Counted from the stretch's first letter, positions 19,591 to 30,261 are shown. The stretch is DNA of 42,347 nt from an uncultured virus (IMG/VR IMGVR_UViG_2061766007_000706) (IMGVR_UViG_2061766007_000706), one strand, 5' to 3'. Made by a program: numbers and translations. The notes: generated by a model not told the origin, from the sequence alone.

Positions 19591-19980
19591 TCATCCACGC
19601 GCACCGCGATAGAGAAGCGGAACCCCGTTATCATCCACTTCACCGTAAAGCATAGCAGTGATCTGCTTTGTGATTTGCTTTGCGGTATCATCTGCAGACA
19701 AAGCATTACCGTAAGACTCGCTATATCCGTCATTATTGAATGACGTTAACTGCGGGTTGGTTGCTTGCGCTTCCGCGCCGCTTGCTTGATCCATGTTCAT
19801 AATTGTCATCATGCACATTTTTACCGCTTCCGGTACAACGGTCATATTCTGAACACGGTTCGCGGTCAAAAGGTCAATCTGCTTCCGCGCTTTGAATTCT
19901 AACAGGGGAAAGGCGGTTTGATCGGCTGAACCGCCGTAAGCTACGTATTCGCTATATTCCAAATATGCTGAATGCGCCAT
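19591..19980 (-). CDS. Head-tail connector (adaptor)
   Basis: AYLEYSEY..YGG, SFNNDGYSESY, LLYRG motifs; follows the capsid gene. Confidence 0.75.
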   Translation of the reverse strand: MAHSAYLEYSEYVAYGGSADQTAFPLLEFKARKQIDLLTANRVQNMTVVPEAVKMCMMTIMNMDQASGAEAQATNPQLTSFNNDGYSESYGNALSADDTAKQITKQITAMLYGEVDDNGVPLLYRGARG

Positions 19981-20017
19981 ATTTCAAACCGCCTTTCTGA
20001 ATCCGTCATTCACGCGA

Positions 20018-21235
20018 TTATCCGCGAGAAATGATCCGCGCAATCGGGATGGTCTTGTGATTGATATAGGAGGGAGTGCTTCCGGCAGACTTCACCAGTT
20101 CCCAGTTCGCGCCGTTTTCCAGTTCGGCGTTGGTCGGGGACGCGGAAGTCATGGAAGCCATTGTGAAGGAAATGCCATAGGGAGCCCAGCACTTGCGCTG
20201 GCGGCTGTAAAGCAGATCCTGTCCACCCTTCACGGCGGGGTTACGATCNNNNNNNNNNNNNNNNNNNNNNNCGCAATCGGTGTATTCAATAGCACCATCG
20301 CCCAGAACGAACGTGGTATACGCGGTGTACGCTTCATGCGTCATCTCGTAGTAGGAACCAATGCTCGCGTCAACGGGGGATGCAACCACCGTATAGGTGT
20401 AGTTGCCGGAACTGCCGGAACGGGTGTAGTAGGTCTTACCTTCCACAACCGCCGCATCGGAGGTCTTTGCATAGGTAGCATCCACATCCTCAACGGGCAT
20501 GGAATCGTCAATCAGAACGAGCCGCCCGTTCAGATCGGCAATGGCAACTTCCCTCTGCATACCCTTGTCATCGTTGAACTTCCGGTAGGTCAGAATGTTG
20601 AGGTTTTCAAGATGGGTAGAAACCGCGCTGTGCATAACAACGAGGCTGAACTTGCCCTTCTGATCGCCGCTGGCCTTCTGAATAGCGGAATTCAGCGTAG
20701 TAGCGTCCATCAGACCCACTTCGTTTTCCTTGTTGGTCAGATCCACGATATCGTAGGTATGACCGTTGACAAACGCGAGATTCGCCGCGCCGGTCATGCT
20801 GAAGATGCCCTTCAGAATGGAAACGATGGTGTCTTGGTCGATTTCGTTCCAGTAATCATTGACCTGTTCCGCGATGTTCTCCATGAAGTTTTCACCGCCG
20901 GTGATATCATAGGAGAAATCGTATTCAGCCCACGCGTTGGCACGGCCAACAACCACACGGGAATGCAGATACGTTTCCGTACTGGACGGGGTGATGTTGG
21001 TGTTGCCGTCATAGTTCATAGGAGTAGAACCGGAAATCAGACCCTTCAGCGGGGTAGACAGGAAGTTCCCACCCACTTCATCACGCATGGACTGCGCCAG
21101 TTCGGGGCGGGGACGGATCGCACGGGACTTCAGCAGTTCCGTAAGCCGGGGATTGGGAATCCGTTCAATGTACTTCTGGAACACTTCGGTATTAAAGTGT
21201 TTCGCATCGAAAATACTTGCCATAGATGCATTCAT
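20018..21235 (-). CDS. Major capsid protein
   Basis: FDAKHFNTEVF, NYDGNTNI, VVVGRANAW.E.DFSYDITGG, VMHSAVSTHLENL, SPTNAELENGANWELV, IPIARIISRG. Confidence 0.9.
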   Translation of the reverse strand: MNASMASIFDAKHFNTEVFQKYIERIPNPRLTELLKSRAIRPRPELAQSMRDEVGGNFLSTPLKGLISGSTPMNYDGNTNITPSSTETYLHSRVVVGRANAWAEYDFSYDITGGENFMENIAEQVNDYWNEIDQDTIVSILKGIFSMTGAANLAFVNGHTYDIVDLTNKENEVGLMDATTLNSAIQKASGDQKGKFSLVVMHSAVSTHLENLNILTYRKFNDDKGMQREVAIADLNGRLVLIDDSMPVEDVDATYAKTSDAAVVEGKTYYTRSGSSGNYTYTVVASPVDASIGSYYEMTHEAYTAYTTFVLGDGAIEYTDCXXXXXXXXDRNPAVKGGQDLLYSRQRKCWAPYGISFTMASMTSASPTNAELENGANWELVKSAGSTPSYINHKTIPIARIISRG

Positions 21236-21261
21236 CCTTTCATGAATAAGATTTTTAACGC

Positions 21262-21920
21262 TTACGCGTCAAAGTTGATTTCCATATCGGGGTTATCGTT
21301 CTTCATCTGCATCAATTCAGCCAAAGAACGCTTTGCACCGGCGGGCTTGTCATGTTTTCCCGGAAGCGTGATACTGGGGGGAGGAGTGGTCGGGGGATCG
21401 TTCGCGGGCGGGGTTTCCACAACGAATGCGCCGGGATCGTCTGCCTTATACTTGGTTAAGAAATCTTCATAGCCCAGCAGTGTATCTCCGTCCATCTTGA
21501 ATTCCTTGCTGATAGCTTCCTGCACAAACGCCTTTTTTGCCGCTGTGCTTGAGAACTTCAGCCCGTTCGCCCGTTCACGAACGGCAAACTCATAACGCTG
21601 TTTCGCAAGGCTTGCTTCATACGCTGATTTGTCATTCGCATACTTGGTCTGCAATTCGGACAAAGACTGCTGAACTCCGGGAAGTTTACCGGCATCGGCT
21701 TTNNNNNNNNNNNNNNNNNNNNNNNNNNNNNNNNNNNNNNTGCTCGTTCAGCTGGGTGATCTGTGCGTTCAGCCCATTGACTTTATCATCAAACTTGGCT
21801 TGGCTGACGTACCCGCCATCCGCAAGGTTAACGATGTTCATCTTGGCTTCTTTCACTTTCTCCAACAGCTGATCGTAGGTCAACTGACCGTCACCGAACA
21901 ACGCTTTCAGAAAATCCATA
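21262..21920 (-). CDS. Capsid scaffolding protein (gap-split)
   Basis: MDFLKALFG...NLADGGYVS..KF joined across N-gap 21703-21740 to a coiled-coil ORF; directly upstream of the capsid gene. Confidence 0.75.
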
Positions 21921-22119
21921 CTTACCTCCGTGTCATGCACCATGATACCGCTTTAATTTGTATATCCGTTGCCGCTCAACGGTTGTGATGCCCCATGCAT
22001 TTATATCCCGGCATGGTAGGGTAATGTATATCATGCGGTTATCCGCTTGATACCTTGTTTCCCGGTGTTTCTGTGTTGCACACCGGAAAGCGTGTTTGTT
22101 ATGCCGTTTTCCCGGCTAA

Positions 22120-23241
22120 TTTGATGGGCTTAAAACCCTCCACGGTCATTCTGTTCCTGTGGGGCGTTAACCCACTTGCGGCGGNNNNNNNNNNNNNNNN
22201 NNNNNNNNNNNNNNNCGCAACGCATCATCCCCGGCGGCTTGTGCCGCTACTGCAGTATCCTTCCATCGCCGGGTTTCGGTTTCAATCTTCCGCATCATCT
22301 GTGTTGCTTCATAGATTGTCCGTTGTTTTCCGTCAATCTCACACCCATCTTTATTCTTCTGCGCCCAATCCGCTAACTGTTCGTTAGAATATAGGCGTTT
22401 AGAATACTTTGTGGAAAAGGGATTCGGGAAATGCATACAATTCCATTCACCGATTGGCCGTTCAAACCCGGAATAAGATTGCCCGTCAATATCGGTAAAG
22501 GATAATGCGCTTTGCATCTTGTCATATTCCGTTCGCAGGAATACGCGCCCTTGCACGGGTTCATGATCCGGCGCGGAATGCATATGCGCGGAAAGTTCAA
22601 CGGCATCATATCCGAGGGCTTCACCCACGGCATCAGCACAATGCATCGAAATCTGCCGTGTCCCATCAAGGATATTTTGCCGTACCGCCGTATCAAGCCG
22701 CCGATGATACCCGGATTCATAGTACACTTGCATACCGTTGTATCCGAGTTGCTTGATCGTATCCCTCATTGCCGCAGAATAGCTTGTCAAACCACTACTA
22801 ACCGCAAGAACCGNNNNNNNNNNNNNNNNNNNNNNNNNNNNNNNNNNNNNNNNNNNNNGATATGTTGTCCAATCTTTGAAGGGTCTGCATTGCAACTCCG
22901 CGCGTATACGTAACAAGCCGTTGTCGCTGTTCCGGGGGAACGGTCAAACCGGCTTTGAACGCTTTTGTAAACCGGGGATCTGTGAATGTGTCATTCATCG
23001 CCCGATTATAAAGCTGAATCACTTCCGGTTTGGAAAGATGCGCCGCATATTGTAATTCCTGCGTGATCTCCTGCACATCGGAAGTGACTTCAGCCATAAC
23101 CGCTAATAAATTGATACTTGATTGATTCAATTCGCCAATTTTGGCGATTTGTACCGCTATTTTCTTGATAAACAAGCGATTCACCGCATCAAAGCGGGTC
23201 TGAATGGCTTTTACCGCCTTATTCAGTTCATCCGGGGTCAT
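22120..23241 (-). CDS. Minor capsid protein (Phage_min_cap2-like), gap-split, 3' end approximate
   Basis: RRLDTAVRQNILDG, ELSAH..SAPDHEPVQGRVF, IGEWNCMH motifs; after the portal gene. Confidence 0.75.
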
Positions 23242-24815
23242 TTGCCATCATCCTTTACAGGGTTTGGCTTCACCGGGTTTGTTGCTTGATTATCAATGTC
23301 CATTGCGGCTTGCTGTGCGCCTTGGATCTGAATCTGTTGCATCATTGCTTCCATATTCTGCTCCAATACGCCATCTTGAATCGCTTGAATCGCCGCTTGT
23401 GCCTGTGCTTCGGTTTCACCCGTATACCACTGCCGCACTTCGGCCTTACTCAAAATACCCTGTGACATAAGTTCAAGCTGTTCGGTCATTTCCTGCGCCC
23501 GGTCTGTCAGAATCGAATCATCCCATTCAAAAGACGCTTCATATTCGCCCTCCGGGGCAAGGTTGTAGATCGTTGCGTACTTATCCATCGCGCGGATAAC
23601 GTCACGCAGACAACGCTCCAACGCGGCTTGATTGTCCGCGATGGTTGCATATGTCCGTTGCCGCAGGATACGCAGTTCCGTAGCTGTGCGGGCTTCCAGC
23701 GGGGCATCCGATAACGTGCCGCGCGACAACCCGGAAAGGTCTTCAATCATCATCAAAAGACGATTCAAACCGTTCAACAGGGCTGTGTCACGGATTGACG
23801 GACTAAACACGGAATAATGATCTTCGTCCAGATTTACGCCACGGAACAGCCGTTCGTTCAACTGGGGAAGTTCATACACCGGTTCGCCTGCGCCGGTCTT
23901 TTTGCCCTTCTGCGGGCGCAACGCCAGCGGGTCAACGTCAATCGCCAGTTCCGATCCTTCAAATTCCCACAGGAGGCGGGAATACTGCATATCGGCTTGC
24001 TTAATCACCTTCAAGGCTTTGTGGAATACACTAATACCCATCGGGGAATCAACATCAACGTTGTTCGCCGCCGCAACTTTGTACCACCCGAACATCTGCC
24101 CGTCTGTCCCGTGCAGTGTAGCTTCAGGCTCCAGCTTCGCCCACTGATCCACGGCTGAAAGGGGGACTTCACTACCTACTTGATCTTTGAACTTTGACTT
24201 GAATACCCTCTGTGTCACCTTCACACCGTCTTTTTCTACGGTATGCCGTTCAAGCCGGGTGTATGTGATATCGCCATCTTGATACACATCCCGGAAAATA
24301 ACGTCTTTGAGGTTGCCGGTTTCGTCAAACGCTACCGGATAGAGGCTCCAATCCATTGTCCAACCGAAATAGATATGCCCGTCATCTGTGTTCGGATAGG
24401 GACGTACCGCCATGCCACCCGCCGCGCATCCCTGTTCAAGCTTTTTCCGCAATTCGGACATAAGCTTTTCAAACTCGTTGCGAAGATATTCGGCACGGGG
24501 GTTGTCCACTGCTTCCGGGGTTTCATTTTCTTCGGTCTTTTCCGGGGTCTTGCCGGTAATGTTCCACTGCATTTCAAGGGTCACTTGCCGCGCGATTTCG
24601 GATGCGATCATAGCAGGAAGGTTCATAGACTTTACCTTGCCATCATCCGCGCTTAACCACGGGGACTGCCCGCAATACGCTTTATACCAATCATCAAGCG
24701 CGTTTATCATATCCGCAGACAGGGGAGTTTCGATCTTTTCCACCTGTTCAACGGCTTTCAGCGGTAACATCTTTCTAATCACCTGCCTTATCAATGCCAT
24801 AATCTTTGAAAACAT
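23238..24815 (-). CDS. Portal protein (A118/SPP1 Gp6-like)
   Basis: YTRLERH, ANNVDVDSPMGISVF, YSRLLWEFEG, TATEL, WDDSI motifs; follows terL. Confidence 0.88.
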   Translation of the reverse strand: MFSKIMALIRQVIRKMLPLKAVEQVEKIETPLSADMINALDDWYKAYCGQSPWLSADDGKVKSMNLPAMIASEIARQVTLEMQWNITGKTPEKTEENETPEAVDNPRAEYLRNEFEKLMSELRKKLEQGCAAGGMAVRPYPNTDDGHIYFGWTMDWSLYPVAFDETGNLKDVIFRDVYQDGDITYTRLERHTVEKDGVKVTQRVFKSKFKDQVGSEVPLSAVDQWAKLEPEATLHGTDGQMFGWYKVAAANNVDVDSPMGISVFHKALKVIKQADMQYSRLLWEFEGSELAIDVDPLALRPQKGKKTGAGEPVYELPQLNERLFRGVNLDEDHYSVFSPSIRDTALLNGLNRLLMMIEDLSGLSRGTLSDAPLEARTATELRILRQRTYATIADNQAALERCLRDVIRAMDKYATIYNLAPEGEYEASFEWDDSILTDRAQEMTEQLELMSQGILSKAEVRQWYTGETEAQAQAAIQAIQDGVLEQNMEAMMQQIQIQGAQQAAMDIDNQATNPVKPNPVKDDGK

Positions 24816-24828
24816 ATTCGCACCGTCC

Positions 24829-26070
24829 TTACTGCCCGCGCCGCTTCCATACGCGTTCAAGCGCATAACGTACCGCGTCTATGCTGTGGTTATTCGCGTC
24901 CGGGTATCCGCTGATCACTTCGCCCTCCGGGGATCTGTCATATTCGTAATGCGTGAATTCGCGGGTTGTTTCCGGGCATCGTTCCGGGTCGATCACAATC
25001 GCTTTCAAGGATTGCAACCATTTAATACCGTATCTTACGCTGTCCGGGCCTTTCACGGCGGGTCTGCACATCGCGCCATAATCCCGGTAATCGGATACCG
25101 ATTTCGGTTCGGCACTGTCAGCCGTGATAAGGTCTGATCCGGTAACACCTTTGATCGTTTGCAAAGCTTCCCACGTTTCACGGTTGCTTTGCTTGTTCGC
25201 GCGGTATTCATCGTAGATATACAAGGTCAGCCGCGCCGCGTCATAATGACACTTGCACCAATGGAAAGGATCTGGATACCAGCCCCAGTCAATACCCATA
25301 AAGATATTGTCGAAAGTTGATATCTGATAATCGGTAATCGGTTCGATCTTCAAATTGTCGAACACTTCGCCGCCCGTTCCGGTCACTTCGCCCAAATATT
25401 CATGCCGATACGCTTTCGGGTTAATCAAGGCCAGTTCCAACGCGTCATTGAAAAACTGTTGCCCTAACCATTCATCCGGCACGGTTCGGTAATCGGAAGA
25501 ATGAACAAGCGTATCATGATTCGGATGTAAAACCTCTTCATTCATGAAGTTTGCTTGCGTTTCCGGCGGGTTGAATGACATAAAGTTCCAATAAAGCGAT
25601 CCACCACGGCGGGCAGATTGCAATACTGAACGGATTTCCTTCATCCCGGAATACTGATCCGCTTCTTCAAACCACGTAATGCCGAAATACCCTTTGGGGG
25701 CTTTAATGGACTTGATTTTCATAGGGTCATCCAACCCACGAAACAAAATCACTTGCCCGGTTTCAATGCGTTTTATCTGCATCGGGGATACTCGGCAAGT
25801 GAATTCCTCATTCAAGCCCAACTTATCAATCGCAAACTGCATCTGCCCGAACACACTGTCACGCAACGTCTTAGCCGTTTTACGGATAATCAACGCGTTC
25901 ACATCCGGGTGTTCAAGCATCAGAAGGGGAATTGCAAAACCGATAAACGAGGATTTCAGCGATCCGCGCCCACCCTTCAAGATGTAATTGGAATGTTCAT
26001 GGTTTACAACGTCTTCCAATAAGGCATCATAATTCGGGGCGATCAGATCTTCCACATAGATTTCATTCAT
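24829..26070 (-). CDS. terL: Terminase large subunit (PBSX family)
   Basis: Walker A KGGRGSLKS, Walker B WFEEAD, SFNPP, GIDWGW, ADSAEPKS, NHSIDAVRYA. Confidence 0.93.
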   Translation of the reverse strand: MNEIYVEDLIAPNYDALLEDVVNHEHSNYILKGGRGSLKSSFIGFAIPLLMLEHPDVNALIIRKTAKTLRDSVFGQMQFAIDKLGLNEEFTCRVSPMQIKRIETGQVILFRGLDDPMKIKSIKAPKGYFGITWFEEADQYSGMKEIRSVLQSARRGGSLYWNFMSFNPPETQANFMNEEVLHPNHDTLVHSSDYRTVPDEWLGQQFFNDALELALINPKAYRHEYLGEVTGTGGEVFDNLKIEPITDYQISTFDNIFMGIDWGWYPDPFHWCKCHYDAARLTLYIYDEYRANKQSNRETWEALQTIKGVTGSDLITADSAEPKSVSDYRDYGAMCRPAVKGPDSVRYGIKWLQSLKAIVIDPERCPETTREFTHYEYDRSPEGEVISGYPDANNHSIDAVRYALERVWKRRGQ

Positions 26071-26689
26071 CCGGGCTCTCACCCTCTGAATCGTTCAAGG
26101 CTTCGGATACATGATCCGCTACCGCCTGTCCGATCTGATCCGCGCTTTCACCAATCGCCCGCATCGCTTCCACCACGGCCAGCCTATTCGCCGCCCGTGT
26201 AGCCGCGTCTTCTTCGTTCTCGTCTTCGCGGGGCTTTTCTCCCCGGATGAGGTGTATCCGTACCCCACCGGCACTGGATAACGCATCCGCATCAGCTGTT
26301 AAGGTTAATCCCTGTGCCGCTTCCTGCAGGATACTTTCAAGCCCGGTCATCTTAACAAGCCAATCGCGCGACTCCTTATCACCATTCAAGGCTAACAGGA
26401 CTTGCGTATATACCACTTGTGCGATCAACGGGGCTCCATCTTCCTGCAACTGGTCAACACCGGTCATCTTCAGCACGTCCATGCTTTTAGCACGTCCCTT
26501 GCTGTTAAGGTTAAGCACCGCCCGAACCGCCGCACGGATATCCGCGTTTCGCTTTCGTGCTTTGTTCGCCGCCGCGTTACCCTTTCGCCGGATTTCGCGT
26601 TCTTCTTCCGGGGTCAAGTTACCGGAGCCGAGGGGTTTAAGGTTTTTATTCTGCGGTCTTTCCTTCTTTTCACCTTCCACCAACCTCAC
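26063..26689 (-). CDS. Probable terminase small subunit
   Basis: Overlaps terL start; N-terminal NLKP...TPEEEREIRRKG motif. Confidence 0.6.
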   Translation of the reverse strand: MRLVEGEKKERPQNKNLKPLGSGNLTPEEEREIRRKGNAAANKARKRNADIRAAVRAVLNLNSKGRAKSMDVLKMTGVDQLQEDGAPLIAQVVYTQVLLALNGDKESRDWLVKMTGLESILQEAAQGLTLTADADALSSAGGVRIHLIRGEKPREDENEEDAATRAANRLAVVEAMRAIGESADQIGQAVADHVSEALNDSEGESPDE

Positions 26690-26710
26690 CTCCTATCGTG
26701 AAAAATGAAA

Positions 26711-26737
26711 CAGGACAAGGGTTCTGCCCTTGTCCTG
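26711..26737 (-). terminator. Intrinsic terminator
   Basis: CAGGACAAGGG-5 nt-CCCTTGTCCTG perfect stem followed by TTTCATTTTT on the minus strand. Confidence 0.7.
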
Positions 26738-26755
26738 CTGTGCGGGAATGGTTTC

Positions 26756-26893
26756 TTACTTGCCCTTTTTCGGGGCTGGTTTCTTCGCCGGGGATTTTTT
26801 ACGATCCGGCGCGTTTCCGTTGTTCGCGGCTGTCAACGCTTGATACAAGCCCTTCGCCGCGCCCTTTGGGAGTTTGATCTCCTTGTATGCCAT
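26756..26893 (-). CDS. Small basic protein (45 aa)
   Basis: MAYKEIKLPKGAAKGLYQALTAANNGNAPDRKKSPAKKPAPKKGK with GGAGG RBS; below the ORF-track cutoff. Confidence 0.6.
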   Translation of the reverse strand: MAYKEIKLPKGAAKGLYQALTAANNGNAPDRKKSPAKKPAPKKGK

Positions 26894-26959
26894 CGTCAGC
26901 ACCTCCCTTTGTGCCGGGTTGATTTTATCATTTTACGGTTTCTTTGTCAATTTGTCAGT

Positions 26960-27808
26960 TTACCGCCTAAACACCAGCACCGAACGATCAATAATGTTCG
27001 TCCGATCATCGCCGCGTGAATCACCGGTAATCACGTTATAGCCCATCGCAAGAGCCCAAATTGACATATTGTTGTTATTGAAGTTCGTGTTATACCCGCC
27101 AACTGCCCGATTAAACTTCGGATGCGTCTGTGCGAATTGCCGCGCTTCAATCGCCAACTGGGATCTGCTAATCGGCTTTGCCAGTGCGGGGTTCAACGTT
27201 GCTACCATCGTAAAGTTGCCGTATCCTGTCGGTCTGCCACCGTTCCGCGCGAAATAAGTTCCCGCGCCGAGGGCTTGCCCGCCGACTTTACCGCCGATGT
27301 AGTTGAATCGGCTGAACATCAACATATCGGCTTGCTGTTGTCCGGTCAAACTCATTGTGTGACCACCCGCCGAATACTTGATATCATCCACGCTTCGCGC
27401 ATAAACATCGCTTGCGGGAATGTGATTCGTCTGGCAGAACTGAATGAACTGCGCCGCGTCAAGCACTGTTGGCTTTTCATTCATACCGGCTTGATACACG
27501 AAATTCTGCGTAACATCGTTCACGTCAGACAGGAAATTCGGCATGATAGCCCGTTTTGAATCGTTGACAAGCTGTGCCAACTGATCATCCGTCATCTGCG
27601 TTAATGCCGTTACCCCACCCGGCTGAACCGGCGTATTCTGATCGTTCGGGGCTTGATTCGCATTCGCCGGGTTCATCGTGTTCACTTGCGGCTGAAGTTG
27701 CGGAGGCATCTGCTGGCTCTGCACTTGCGCCTGTGTAGCTTGCACCGTGATCGGCGTTGGCGATGCGGGGCGTGTTACTCCGCTACCGTGGCTCTTGTTC
27801 GATGCCAT
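26960..27808 (-). CDS. Hypothetical protein, Q/P-rich N-terminus, possible ADP-ribosyltransferase-like domain
   Basis: GQALGAGTYFA resembles the G.G.YFA NAD-binding motif of PARP-like ARTs; motif-level evidence only. Confidence 0.45.
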   Translation of the reverse strand: MASNKSHGSGVTRPASPTPITVQATQAQVQSQQMPPQLQPQVNTMNPANANQAPNDQNTPVQPGGVTALTQMTDDQLAQLVNDSKRAIMPNFLSDVNDVTQNFVYQAGMNEKPTVLDAAQFIQFCQTNHIPASDVYARSVDDIKYSAGGHTMSLTGQQQADMLMFSRFNYIGGKVGGQALGAGTYFARNGGRPTGYGNFTMVATLNPALAKPISRSQLAIEARQFAQTHPKFNRAVGGYNTNFNNNNMSIWALAMGYNVITGDSRGDDRTNIIDRSVLVFRR

Positions 27809-27814
27809 GCCGAA

Positions 27815-27973
27815 TCACCCTTTCTTCTTTTTCTTCTTTGCGGCGAGTTCCTTGTTCAGTTCCGCGATCTGGGCTTTCTGGGCGGCTGTCTGCGGGTTCA
27901 CCTTGATTCCATATCCTTTGGATGTGAACCGATCCGTACCATCCAGCCGATCCTTTTTCTTTGCGTTCGCCAT
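27815..27973 (-). CDS. Small basic protein (52 aa)
   Basis: MANAKKKDRLDGTDRFTSKGYGIKVNPQTAAQKAQIAELNKELAAKKKKKKG with AAGGAGG RBS. Confidence 0.6.
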   Translation of the reverse strand: MANAKKKDRLDGTDRFTSKGYGIKVNPQTAAQKAQIAELNKELAAKKKKKKG

Positions 27974-27987
27974 TTCCTTTTTCCTCC

Positions 27988-28842
27988 TTATCCTAATTCA
28001 ATTACAACCGTGATCTGCTTCCGGTTTCGACTTCCGGGAGGGGTTCCTTCCGCGCGGGCATTCGCTACCGGGGACACCGACAAACCAACGATCTTCTGCG
28101 GAATATTCCGCGCACCAATGATTTCACCCAGCCGCCCGCCGGGGCCATCACCGGGCATAAAAGCTTGCACACTTGCCTTTGCGCGGTATTCTATTTTGAC
28201 TTCACGGGTTGTAAAGGTTGACGGGTCAATCGCGTTCTTAAAGTTGTTATAAGACGTTGACAGGAATTTGTTTTCGGAGAAACTTCTTCCAACCAATGCT
28301 TTTTGCAACTGCGATTCAGTCATGCCGGTTGTCCGACCATGCACACCAAACTGTTGTAATAGCCGGTCAACAAAACTGCCGTGATCGTACCGCTGAAGGT
28401 TCAAGTTATAGCCGAGGTTGTGCATCGCTTCATCCAAACCGTCAGCCGTTGCTTGATGTGTCGGGGATAACGGAAGGTTGTTCATCAGTTCCCAGTTCAT
28501 GTTCTGTGACAGGGAATGCACACCGTCACCGCCGTATTGCGTCCCTTCCGGGTTGCTTGCGAGGTAATTCTGTCGGGCAAGTTCCGAATCAATACCGAAT
28601 GACTGTTTCTGAAAGTATCCACGCCCGTTATACAGGTCATGGTAATCCGCGCTGTCATGATCCGAAAATTGCCCGTTGTTTGCGGTCTGTGCCTGTTGCG
28701 CCGTTGGCGTTACTTGATTCGGTTGCAACTGCTGAACCGGTATCTGCGGGGCGGGTTGCGGGGCTTGCTGAACCACTACCCTTTGTGCCATCGTTGAACG
28801 GGAGGATGTAACACCGCTTCCCCGTGTTTTATTCGATGCCAT
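27988..28842 (-). CDS. Putative ADP-ribosyltransferase (VIP2/exoenzyme-like R-STS-E)
   Basis: LDEAM...NLQRYD (R), ENKFLSTSY (STS), LGEII (E) in canonical order. Confidence 0.6.
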   Translation of the reverse strand: MASNKTRGSGVTSSRSTMAQRVVVQQAPQPAPQIPVQQLQPNQVTPTAQQAQTANNGQFSDHDSADYHDLYNGRGYFQKQSFGIDSELARQNYLASNPEGTQYGGDGVHSLSQNMNWELMNNLPLSPTHQATADGLDEAMHNLGYNLNLQRYDHGSFVDRLLQQFGVHGRTTGMTESQLQKALVGRSFSENKFLSTSYNNFKNAIDPSTFTTREVKIEYRAKASVQAFMPGDGPGGRLGEIIGARNIPQKIVGLSVSPVANARAEGTPPGSRNRKQITVVIELG

Positions 28843-29500
28843 TTGCTTTGATCCTCCTTTTGATCTGGCTTGTCATTGTGTCAATCTGACAAATGATATT
28901 GCCCTTCATACCGTCAAACACCCGGCCATGCACGATAATGCCGGAAGGGTTCAGCCGGTCAAGCATTTCATTGTATCCGGTCATAAATGACGAATTGCGT
29001 TCATCCGACATTGCGCTCCCGTCCGTTGAAACGGAAACAATGCTATCTGTCGGGAATCCGTCAAAACAATATTCAAACGTATCCGGGGCTCCCCACATGA
29101 TCGTAGGAATCACGGTCATTCCGTAACACTGCCAATAACACGCCAACCATGCATTGCGGTATACGTTCCATATTTTCGCCGCTTTCGGGAAATCGCTATA
29201 AACGGAGAAATCCGGGGACATAACTGCCTTATAGCTTGACAAGAGGGGAATATACCGTTCCGGGTCAGCCCATAGCCGTTGAAACTGGTAATCGTCCAAA
29301 TAGAAGTGCAATCCGGTTTCCGCGCGTTCTTCTTTGTCGGTTCCACGGGCAAAATTGAAACTGATCCAGTTTTTCACATCGCATTCGGTCACGGGTAACA
29401 TTTTCGGAATATCATATTTACCCGCCGCGTTGACAAACGTTGCCAGCTGAAGGTTTTCCCAGTTCCGCGTCCGTTTGTATAGTTCGCTACTTGTTGCCAT
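28829..29500 (-). CDS. DUF4417 family protein
   Basis: LHFYLDDYQFQRLW, SPDFSVYSDFP, IWNVYRN.WL..YWQ, VIPTI.W motifs. Confidence 0.8.
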   Translation of the reverse strand: MATSSELYKRTRNWENLQLATFVNAAGKYDIPKMLPVTECDVKNWISFNFARGTDKEERAETGLHFYLDDYQFQRLWADPERYIPLLSSYKAVMSPDFSVYSDFPKAAKIWNVYRNAWLACYWQCYGMTVIPTIMWGAPDTFEYCFDGFPTDSIVSVSTDGSAMSDERNSSFMTGYNEMLDRLNPSGIIVHGRVFDGMKGNIICQIDTMTSQIKRRIKANGIE

Positions 29501-29778
29501 GCGCCGCACTTCCACCTTTCTGCATTATGCACACCGCCATATAATAAAAACGCTCAAGCCGTTCTGCCCTCAACGGCTCAAGCGTTACGTATACCGTTCA
29601 TCTGTCGTGCCACCAGATGAAAAACACCCTAACGCGGCAAGGAGGTGATAAGGAATCCGCGCTCGTTCTATGTTCGGGTGTCTATCCGATATTCGCATCA
29701 TATATGATATACGCATTGACAACAAAATAAAAGGGACACACAGGGACACTTTTTCACTGATTCGCATTTTCTCACCCT

Positions 29779-30261
29779 TCAATGCTTTTTAATATACCGA
29801 TAAACCGCCTTTCGTATCGCTTCCGTGTTATACCCATCACCCATATTCGCCGCGACATTATCCCACCGCAAGCCATCAACAAACCGGAAAGTAAAGATCT
29901 GGCGCATGATAGAATCATCAATCGCACCGATATACCGTTCCAACCGGTCACGTTCCAACACGATCAGCGTTTGCCGAGTTGATATCAAGGCTTGAAGGTT
30001 CACCATCGCGTCATGTTTCCTTCGCAACGCTTCTTCAAGCTTCATGATCTGTTGCACCGTGTTTTCAACGGGGCTTGATACGTCCGATCCATGCGGCATT
30101 CCGTCCAGTTTCGGACTTGCCAGCCCGTCAAGGCTTCTCCGCATCGCCAACAGGGAATCCTTGTCCCGTTCTATTTCGGCTTGTAGATCTGCCAACTGCC
30201 TTTTGTTCAATTCAACTTCACGGTTCAGCCAATAAAGCTTTGATAGTTCCTTTACGGTCAT
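29779..30261 (-). CDS. Late transcriptional activator (ArpU/RinA-like)
   Basis: LDGMPHG motif, coiled coil and C-terminal HTH (RQIFTFRFVDGLRWDNVA). Confidence 0.7.
   Translation of the reverse strand: MTVKELSKLYWLNREVELNKRQLADLQAEIERDKDSLLAMRRSLDGLASPKLDGMPHGSDVSSPVENTVQQIMKLEEALRRKHDAMVNLQALISTRQTLIVLERDRLERYIGAIDDSIMRQIFTFRFVDGLRWDNVAANMGDGYNTEAIRKAVYRYIKKH

Noticed and set aside
20057..21472. Long plus-strand ORFs opposite structural genes (e.g. 471 aa)
   Set aside because: Antisense shadows of well-supported minus-strand genes; no motifs
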